Below, piece after piece: positions 1 through 8,649 of a stretch of DNA of 23,187 nt (the stretch's first letter is position 1; every line of letters begins with the position of its first letter). The notes under the pieces are model-generated. The model ran no database searches. It worked only from the letters and a program-made list of their open reading frames with translations, and was not told the origin of the DNA. The stretch comes from Zygophlyctis sp. KS116. Taxonomy: Eukaryota > Fungi > Chytridiomycota. The position numbers were made by a program, and so were the translations under genes. The stretch covers positions 1 through 23,187 of the forward strand of contig BAAFSQ010000156.1 of assembly GCA_054661495.1 (NCBI GenBank). Direction: 5' to 3'.

Positions 1-13
1 TAAAAGTCCAAGC

Positions 14-1778
14 ATGTCAAGTCCAAGCACTATTTCTCCAGAAAAAAATGTCAAATTTGGAAAATTCAAAGATTTATTAAGAGATTCACTCTCATTCTCT
101 AGGATAGACCCATATTTTGAATCTTCATTTGATACTACAAGTCAAACAGAAATTTCACAAGATGATTTGACAATTGAATTAAAAAGGAGGAAAATGCCAA
201 TTAATTTGAAATTGATTCAGGAAAATGTAAATTTAAAGAAAAAGGTTGATTCTCTCTCAAAAATTCCAGATATCGGTACGCTAAATAATTCAAATCAGGA
301 TAATTCTACTCAGACAACTGATAACCAACAAGTAGAAAAGATGAATCAAATGGACAAGGCTATTTCTCAATTTAGACTAGAAAAAGAGAAATTTCAAGAA
401 TTTTATTTAAAGGAAAAACAAAATAATTTAGAATTAGTGAAATTATTAGATGCATTCAAGGCAAAAACAGAGGATTTAGAAAAAAATTACTCTGATTTAA
501 ATCAAAAGTTGGAAAATAGTTTAAATTCTCAAAAACTTCATACTCAACAGTCTCAACAATTATCAAGTAAATGCGTTCAGTACTCTAATGAGTTAATTAT
601 TGCAAATCAAAGATTGAATGAATTAAATCAGGAATTGAAGGATTCAAGGGAAAAAGTAGACAATTATAAAGAGTCTTTGGAACTATTTACTTTTCAAAAT
701 GGAAATTTAAAAGAAATGATTTTGAGAGAGAGACAAGACAAGGAGTCTCAAATTATTCAATTAAATGAAAGAATTACTAGTTTGATTCAAATTTCTCTAG
801 TAGAAAAAGTCAAACAACCTTTACAGGCTGAAGATCAGTTTTTGATGGTAAAATTAGAAGAAAAAATAGAGTTTCTAAAGGAAGATGCAGATAAAGAACG
901 GAAATCACGACAGCAGATTGTATTAGAGTATGAAAAAACACTGAAAGAGTTGGAAGTCGCAGTAGTTGTTTTATTTTTTCATAATTTAGAAAAAGCAGGG
1001 CTTTTATGATAAAAAAGAAGGAAAAAAACTGCACGAAAGATTAGATCAGAACAAGGAAGAATTTTCTTCGTTACAAAATACAATTTTCGAGCTTCAAAAT
1101 TCAAGTTTGAAAAGAGAACAAGATTATTATTTGCTGGATCAAAAACTGAAAAATATGCAGTAAGACTATGACAAAATTTTAATTTAAGAGGACAGATTCA
1201 TGCAAAAGATTTAATAATAAAGGATCAGAACAAGAAAAATGAAGCCATGTGGATTGAATTAGAAGGCTTTAAATCAAAAAACGATGCATTATCACAACGA
1301 CAATCTACAATTCTTAACTTGAAACGTGATTTAGCCAGGAAAGATGACTTATTAAAAACATACAAGAATAAATTGGAATGTCTAAGCAAGGTATTTGAAT
1401 ATTTTGTTAGATTAGGAACTCTCTGAAACCAAAACTTTTTTAAAAGAGCCTCAAAGGAAAAACATTCGTAGACCGGTACTGAAAACTTTAGATAATAATG
1501 AACCAATGGACAGTATAAAATCCGAAAAAAAGTACACGCAATTAGTAGGTGTATTGGGAGGACTGTTAGTTAAAGTTCAACCTTCACCTCATGAATGGAA
1601 AAGCAATGACCAGCTAAGAAACCGTATGACATGTATTTCTACTAAATACCTTGGAAAAGATTTAGATTCATTAATGAAATATCCTGATTACCCATCACAA
1701 TTACTTGATATTTTATCACAAGATCACTTTGAAACCGATTTGCATGCCTTTCTAAAAGATATTTTATGTGGAGTCTAG
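14..1778 (+). CDS. Long coiled-coil protein of unknown function, 4 exons (14-961, 990-1159, 1189-1390, 1416-1778), about 560 aa; may start upstream of the window
   Basis: Removing three GT-AG introns (962-989, 28 nt; 1160-1188, 29 nt; 1391-1415, 25 nt) joins ORF 14..1009, two open stretches and ORF 1506..1778 into one stop-free frame. Composition is heptad-like and E/K/Q/L-rich. The frame is open to base 2. Confidence 0.75.
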
Positions 1779-1992
1779 TTAAATTCTTGTCACTGTCTTG
1801 ATTGATTTTGGATTTAACCCAAGAAAATCGTAAAATTTTTATGGGTTTTAAACGGTTAGAAAAATCCCAAATTGCCAAAAATAAGCGCGTTTCTTTAGCC
1901 ACCGGATATTTAATTGTATTGACTTTTTCTACTTGGGTATATAATTAAGAGCTAGTCCATTACTGACCGCTAAAAAGAACAATTTAAATTTT

Positions 1993-3082
1993 ATGATCAA
2001 GCTAACTATCCCCTCATCCCTTGGCTTCATGACAGCAAGTATGAATCCAAATTTGGAAATGCCAGATGACCTTATTCATGTGGTCCTGTGTACTTTGGCT
2101 TGGAGTATTTTTCACTGGCTGCTCAACAAGTTTGTATTGAAGGTAAGATCTTAAGATTTATGTTTAGCCCATATCTGTGTATCTGCTCCCAATGCCCAAA
2201 AAAGAACTTTCCAAGGCTGATTCTGCAGTGGAAATTGATGGTGGACTGGCTGAGTCTGCTGTGAAAGCTCATGGCAGAATTGCCGAAAAGTCGACTCTTC
2301 TTAGGAATAGAAGGACAGATCCCGCTCAAAAAGAAAATGCTAGAGATGAAGTTGTATATTCTGCAGATGATCAAGCCGATCAAAAGGCTGTAAATGCCGT
2401 TTTGGCTCAGAGGACCAAATTTATTATTTCGGGATGGAGATTTGTCAATTTCTCTATTACTAGTATCATAGGACTAATATTACTATCCAAGGAACATGAT
2501 TGGATGCTTAATCCAGTACTGTACTTTAAAGGATTCGAATTTCAAACAATGTCCCCACTACTCAAGCTGTTTTACAAAATAGGTTATGCATCCTATGCTT
2601 ACGGGACTCTAAATGTGTTTATTGAACCAAAGCAAAAAGATTTCAATGTAATGGTTACTCATCACATTACCACGCTGTTCTTGATACATATGTCCTTTAT
2701 GACTGGATTATTCAGGATTGGAGCAGTCATTCTTTTGATTCATGAAGTATCAGATCCTTTCATGGAAATCGCAAAGATTTTCTTCTATCTCAATTATAAG
2801 CAGGTTGCTGATGTATTCTTTGCATTATTTGCAGTGGTGTTCATAATTACCCGTAATATCATTTTCCCTTACTATGTAATATCATCGCTCCCTAGATACG
2901 GTTATCATGATGATGGAAGGGCTGTACCGTATGGAAAAAAGTATATTAGAGATATTGCATTCGCTTCTCTTTGTATCTTGGAAGTACTTCACATTTACTG
3001 GGCTGCACTAATATTGAAAATGGTCAAGCTGGCTGTTTCAGAGTCTGGTGTCCAAGGGGACATTCGTAACGAAGATGATTAA
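1993..3082 (+). CDS. LAG1: Ceramide synthase (TLC domain, Lag1/Lac1 family), copy 1; exons 1993-2142 and 2168-3082, 354 aa
   Basis: Lag1p motif KQKDFNVMVTHHITTLFLI...RIGAVILLIHEVSDPFMEIAK, multiple hydrophobic helices, C-terminal YW..LI.KM...GDIRNEDD. A 25-nt intron gtaagatcttaagatttatgtttag (2143-2167) links a 50-codon first exon in frame. The symbol is family-level (LAG1/LAC1 not distinguished). Confidence 0.92.
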
Positions 3083-3351
3083 TGATTTTAATAAGAGTAT
3101 TTAGTTTTTTTCCATTAATAATGAAATTCCTACGTTTGATCCTTCCTGAACGCCCTGCTGATTACATACCCTTGATGTTCATAGTTAATATTTGACTCGC
3201 ATCTGAATTACTGCATAATAATCATTGGATCTTTTCTTGTAAATTTAATTGCTTTTTTAGCGGATATGCATTCATTTTCACCAGAGCGTAAGTCTCGATA
3301 AACTCTTGTTACGAAATGGTCCAGGTGGCGTTTAATCTAATTTAAAATTTT

Positions 3352-4441
3352 ATGATCAAGTCCACTATCCCCTCATCCCTTGGCTTCATGACAGCAAGTA
3401 TGAATCCAAATTTGGAAATGCCAGATGACCTTATTCATGTGGTCCTGTGTACTTTGGCTTGGAGTATTTTTCACTGGCTGCTCAACAAGTTTGTATTGAA
3501 GGTAAGATCTTAAGATTTATGTTTAGCCCATATCTGTGTATCTGCTCCCAATGCCCAAAAAAGAACTTTCCAAGGCTGATTCTGCAGTGGAAATTGATGG
3601 TGGACTGGCTGAGTCTGCTGTGAAAGCTCATGGCAGAATTGCCGAAAAGTCGACTCTTCTTAGGAATAGAAGGACAGATCCCGCTCAAAAAGAAAATGCT
3701 AGAGATGAAGTTGTATATTCTGCAGATGATCAAGCCGATCAAAAGGCTGTAAATGCCGTTTTGGCTCAGAGGACCAAATTTATTATTTCGGGATGGAGAT
3801 TTGTCAATTTCTCTATTACTAGTATCATAGGACTAATATTACTATCCAAGGAACATGATTGGATGCTTAATCCAGTACTGTACTTTAAAGGATTCGAATT
3901 TCAAACAATGTCCCCACTACTCAAGCTGTTTTACAAAATAGGTTATGCATCCTATGCTTACGGGACTCTAAATGTGTTTATTGAACCAAAGCAAAAAGAT
4001 TTCAATGTAATGGTTACTCATCACATTACCACGCTGTTCTTGATACATATGTCCTTTATGACTGGATTCTTTAGAATTGGGACAGTCATTCTCTTTATTC
4101 ATGAAGTATCAGATCCATTCATGGAAATTGCAAAGATGTTCTTTTATCTCAACTATAAGCAGGCTGCAGATATATTCTTTGCATTATTTGCAATAGTATT
4201 TATAATTACTCGTAATCTCATTTTTCCTTATTACGTTATCGCATCAATCCCAAAATACTGTTATCATGAAGATGGAAGTGACATACCTTATGGAAAAGGA
4301 TATATAAGAGATAGTGCTTTTATTGCCCTTTGCATCTTGGAAGTACTACACATATACTGGGCTGCGCTAATATTGAAAATGGTGAAATTGGCAGTCACAA
4401 AGGCCGGAGTTCAAGGGGACATTCGTAATGAAGATGATTAA
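3352..4441 (+). CDS. LAG1: Ceramide synthase (TLC domain, Lag1/Lac1 family), copy 2; exons 3352-3501 and 3527-4441, 354 aa
   Basis: Tandem paralog offset by 1359 nt, with the same intron (3502-3526) and Lag1p motif; diverged in the C-terminal third. The symbol is family-level. Confidence 0.92.
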
Positions 4442-4457
4442 TGTTTAAAAGCTTTTA

Positions 4458-5458
4458 TTATAGTTTAGCTTTTTTACGATTAATAACCGCTTTAATTAAA
4501 CCATTTGGATCTGCTTGAGGTGAAAATACTCCTCCTTTTCCTGGTTTTCCATTATCTTTTACCCCAAATCTTTCCAAATCATAAACCCAATAGTGTATGT
4601 TTGGAAGAGAAATTTCCATTTTCTCCAAAAATGGATATATCCCTAGAGCCTCTTCACAAATGAGAAAAAGCGTATTCTGGACTGAAGGAGAATTATGATT
4701 AGCAAAAAGATCAACTACTAATTGACGAACTCCTGATCGTGCTTTTGGAAAATGAAATCCAGAAAAAAATGTGCACTCCTTACCTGGATAATACCAAAAA
4801 GCTTCAATTGTTGTTGATAAAATCCTATCAGCCGCATCTTTAAGTGTAGTCAATGGACATGTATGAAATCCAGTAAATGAAGATCCAGTAGTTTTCAAGA
4901 CTGTCAATCCAACAATTCCACTTTTACCAGAGAGTATATATTTACCCATTCCTTTTCTTTCACCATCAGCTATAAAAACCTGATTTTTAAACCAAAAATA
5001 TTTCCTACTTGTTTTTCTGATCCTCCTTTTTGAAACGCATGAGGATGATCAACTGTAAACTTTGCATTTGGTTGAGTAGAAATTAAAGATCCAGAAAAAT
5101 CAGCATTTTTCTCTTGTATAGTAGTAGTTTTTATTCTAGACCAACCGTTAGACTCAATTTCAACGTGTACATTGTCAATATGACTGTAAGTAGTCAAAAA
5201 ATGAGATATTAAATGAGTTCCAAAATTCTCTAAAGTATCTAAAGAATGTTGATGAGCCAGATAATACACTGTATTTTTGATAGTATCAGTAGGAATCACA
5301 AGACTATTATCACCCAGAGTATACGAAGTATCCAAACTCTTACCAGATAAAAGCACTTGAACTGATAATGAGATAATATTTTGCACTTTAGAGTCTGGTT
5401 CAACAGATACCTTGAAGACTTTTACATGATTCTTCCCGTAAGAAAGAGATTCAATCAT
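4458..5458 (-). CDS. UOX: Urate oxidase (uricase), peroxisomal; intron donor at 5008, acceptor ambiguous (4970 or 4980)
   Basis: Uricase motifs YGK, PTDTIKNTVY, HPHAF, LTVLKTTGSSFTGF, DRILST, SPSVQNTL, LPNIHY and P.GLI are spread over ORFs 4970..5458 and 4458..4949. C-terminal PTS1 tripeptide AKL. Confidence 0.95.
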
Positions 5459-5531
5459 TTACTTTTTCCAGAGGCTTAAAAGAGTCAGATTATCAATAAA
5501 GTCGGTAATTGTTTCATTTTTGATATTCCAA
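5459..5531. promoter_or_regulatory. Candidate 73-bp bidirectional promoter between uricase and ureidoglycolate lyase
   Basis: Divergent ATGs at 5458 (-) and 5532 (+). A central GATTATC (5488-5494) gives GATAA on the minus strand, the core site of fungal nitrogen-regulatory GATA factors; its function is inferred. Confidence 0.6.
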
Positions 5532-6084
5532 ATGTCTCTTGATCTTGATCATTTAACATCCACTGCCTTTAAACCTTTTGGAGAAGTAATAGAGTCTGAC
5601 TCTGGCGGTGAATCAGTTAATCAAGGCCGTGGATTTAAAAGATCTAATCTAACAAATCTAACCAATTTAAGAGACAATTCTAATATTTCTACTAGTCCTG
5701 CAACTGCAAATGTCGCTACTTTTAGAATAGTTTCAAAGAAATTACCATGGACATTGAAACTATTAGAAAAACATCCATATTCTTCTCAAATGTTTATACC
5801 ATTCCATTCAAATTCTAAATATTTAGTAATTGTAGCACAAGATCTTAATAATTGTCCTGACTTTAGTACTCTCAAGGGATTTATTTCAGACACTAGTAAA
5901 GGATTTAATTATAAACCGTAATTTTCTAAAACTAAAATATAGAGGAATCTGGCATTCTCCCATGGTAGCTATAGGAGAAGAATATATAGATTTTGTTTCT
6001 ATTACCTATGAAATACCTAATGATCCTTTTAATACTATTGAATACTCAGTGTCCGATATTATTGTTAAAAGACCACAACGGTGA
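5532..6084 (+). CDS. DAL3: Ureidoglycolate lyase (AllA/Dal3 family); exons 5532-5917 and 5943-6084
   Basis: Motifs LT..AFKPFGEVI, NQG, LLEKHPYSSQMFIP, YLVIVA and, after a 25-nt intron (5918-5942), GFNYKPGIWHSPM. AATAAA at 6091. Confidence 0.92.
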
Positions 6085-6088
6085 GTGT

Positions 6089-6263
6089 ACAATAAAACCC
6101 TTTTAAATCTCTACGACATTGACCTAGCAGGGACCTAGCAGGGTCTTAGGGCTTGAACGCGAAAGCTTAAATTCAAAATCAACAATAAAACCCTCTACGA
6201 CATTGACCTAGCGGGGACCTAGCAGGGTCTTAGGGCTCCAACGCGAAAGCTTAAATTCAAAAT
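6089..6263 (+). repeat. Tandem duplication (~91 and ~82 bp) of the DAL3-VMA4 intergenic region, each copy with an internal GACCTAGC(A/G)GG dimer
   Basis: 6089-6179 and 6182-6263 both read acaataaaaccc...ctctacgacattgacctagc.gggacctagcagggtcttagggct..aacgcgaaagcttaaattcaaaat. Confidence 0.95.
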
Positions 6264-7045
6264 GGGACTTAACGACTCTGAAGTAACTCTGGAAATGAAC
6301 AAGATGGTATGTCAAAAAGTCTCATGAATAGATTGCCTTTATAAAACAAGAGGCAATTGAAAAGGCAAGAGAAATTCAAGTAAAGGTATATAGAGTTTTA
6401 TAAAGTTGAGGCTGATGAAGAATTCAATATTGAAAAAGCAAAATATGTTCGTTCAGAAACTGTTGCTATTGAAGCTTTTTTCGAGAAAAAAGTAAAACAA
6501 GTTGAAATTGCTAGAAAGATTGCACAATCTAATCATGTTAATAAAAGTAGATTAAAGGTTTTAGCTGCTAGACAACAGGTTCTCTCAGATATCATGGCTG
6601 AAGCTTCTACAAAAATGAAGCTTGTCTCAAAGAAGAGTGATTATGATGTTTTATTGAAAAAACTTATACTACAAGCAGTATATCAATTAATGGATTCAAA
6701 TATTTTACTAAAGTTAAGAAAAGAAGATGTTGATACTGCAAAAAAGTTTATGCCTGAAATTATAAAGGAATATTCTATTGCTTTTCCAAATCACGACTTG
6801 AAATTTGAATTTGACAGTAATTATTTACCATCTGAAAGGTAATTTTATGTTTTAAAAAAAAGTTGTGGAGGAGTTGTTGCTTCTTGTCAAAATGGTAACA
6901 TATTAGTCTCTAATACTTTTGAATCAAGACTAGAATTATTACAAGAAAGTGTAATTTATTTTAATCATCTAAAATCATTTAGATGCTCCCAGAAATAAGA
7001 GTCATGCTCTTTGGTCATTCTCCTAATAGAAAATTTTTCAATTAG
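6262..7045 (+). CDS. VMA4: V-type ATPase V1 subunit E; exons 6262-6306, 6332-6385, 6411-6838, 6863-6950, 6983-7045
   Basis: Spliced translation [15 protein letters not shown]|[18 protein letters not shown]|[13 protein letters not shown]...NKSRLKVL...S|[26 protein letters not shown]..|[20 protein letters not shown]. Introns are 25, 25, 24 and 32 nt. Confidence 0.95.
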
Positions 7046-7703
7046 AGATATGTCTAAATATAAAAAAATTATGAATCTTACGCAACATGCATTCGTCTTT
7101 TTAGCAGTTTTATAAAACATTTTAGACTGAGCAGATAATTCATCAGATTTGGCAACTAAATCATCCAATTTCTCTCCTCTTTCTAAAAGGGAAGCCATTG
7201 TTTTATGCTTTAGATTTACAAGAAATAAAAATTACCAAAATCACCTTTGTTTCATCCAGTTCTCTCTGTACTTTTAAAAAAGGATCATTTGATTCTGGAT
7301 TCTGAGCAACATTCAAATGAGACTTTAGATCAGGATAAAAAGTAGAAGTTGAAGCAACATTTAATTTAGACCAAGAGTTTTGAGGAAACTTTGACAAGAA
7401 TTCGTCTGAAATTCTATTTAAAAGAGAAAAAGCAACTCTTGATGGATATAATGCATCTGTAACTAATACTGTAGCCAATCCCATACTTGCAACATAGACA
7501 TAACCAACATAATTATCCTGTTCTACTTTTGCTCGTTGTCCTGGAGGAGTTCTTTCTATAACAGTTTTAGAAAAGAAATTTAGAAATTCAGCAACACTTG
7601 ATCTCTGAAAGTAGGAAAAAGAAGATAAATCTGACTCTGAGGCTAGTAGATTTGCCGTCTTGTTTGATACAAATCCAATGCTAATCGCGAACGCAACAAC
7701 CAT
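7042..7703 (-). CDS. YKT6: Prenylated longin R-SNARE Ykt6; exons 7703-7236, 7207-7082, 7053-7042
   Basis: [28 protein letters not shown] longin motif, [10 protein letters not shown], and SNARE motif [13 protein letters not shown]|[18 protein letters not shown]. The second 28-nt intron (7081-7054) yields the CCaaX end NACC|TYL*. Confidence 0.95.
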
Positions 7704-8029
7704 TTTTCAACCTGGGCCTGGGCGCCTAAATTATGTATCTGTCGCCTATTTTATTCTTTACTATGAGATTTACCAAATTTCATTGAGGATTGCAATCAAA
7801 TAAAAAAACAAATATTTATTGAATTTTTTGAAGCGATGAAAACCATTGAGTTTGTAAGTGATAGGAACAGCGATTTTACGTTGAACATCTTTTTCTATCA
7901 ATGTAGCTCTTCCCCTTTTTCTCTGTCTGGTATATCAATGTCATATTCTTGAAGCGCCTTTTCCAATTTTGAATAGTTGAGAGGAAAGAGTCGAGTCTTG
8001 ATGACAAAGAGCTTTCTTGTCCTCAGGAT

Positions 8030-8648
8030 TTATGTTACTAATCCAAATCGATGATCAATATTCTTTCGTAGAGAAACAATATCACCAACGGTAAGAGTTA
8101 AAATGCCTATCAAAGATCCAGTTGCATTGGGGTGTTTTTTAAATAAATCTTTTCTCTCTGTTAAAGTCAATTCTTGGTCACTATCAACTTTGCAGTCAGT
8201 CGCTTGAATGTTATATGTTAAATTTTCATCATCACCGTAGAATCTATGATTCATTATGATTCTTCTCTTTTGAAATAGTGCATTTAAAGTTCTACAGGTC
8301 GTTTTTTCCAAACAAACACAAGACATTTTCTAATCCTTTGAGTGTAGAACCAACTATACGCTTCTTAAACATTTGATAATGTTTTTCTGATAAAATCCCT
8401 AATCTCCATTCTTGTAGCATTTTTTGAAATTGCATATCTTTTTTCTGACGAAAATTATTTCCTAGAATCACCACATCATCAATAGCTGTCGAAATAATGT
8501 AACCGTTCTTGTTAGAAGCATTCATTTTGTTAGTATTACTGTAATGTAATGGAAGATCATTAATGGGAGGTAGTTGATAATGATCACCAATCAAGACCAA
8601 AGTACAATTTCCAAAAGTATCGTCTTTCGTGATGTTACATAAACTTAC
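8030..8648 (-). pseudogene. Pif1/RecD-like SF1B DNA helicase fragment (Helitron-type or other DNA element), frameshifted, motifs I-II missing
   Basis: FGNCTLVLIGDHYQLPPI (motif III), LGNNFRQKKDMQFQKMLQEWRLG (motif IV) and, in a second frame, GSLIGILTLTVGDIVSLRKNIDHRFGLV (Pif1 2B region). Confidence 0.85.
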
Positions 8649-8649
8649 A

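Noticed and set aside
14-1778. Naming the coiled-coil protein as a centrosomal (centlein-like) protein
   Set aside because: The resemblance is generic coiled-coil composition; no diagnostic domain was recognised.
810-3742. Minus-strand ORFs 810..1034, 1225..1506, 2123..2383 and 3482..3742, plus similar shadow ORFs in the TE region
   Set aside because: They are antisense to well-supported genes or TE frames and have no recognisable motifs.
4970-4972. In-frame TAG in uricase (and at 11406-11408) as stop-codon reassignment or readthrough
   Set aside because: Both are ends of intron-like tracts, and VMA4 uses TAG as a normal stop.
5502-5515. UaY-type TCGG-N6-CCGA site in the uricase promoter
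   Set aside because: Only the TCGG half-site is present.
6089-6263. Repeat as a CRISPR array, tRNA or snoRNA
   Set aside because: Two adjacent copies without unique spacers, eukaryotic context, and no cloverleaf or convincing C/D boxes.
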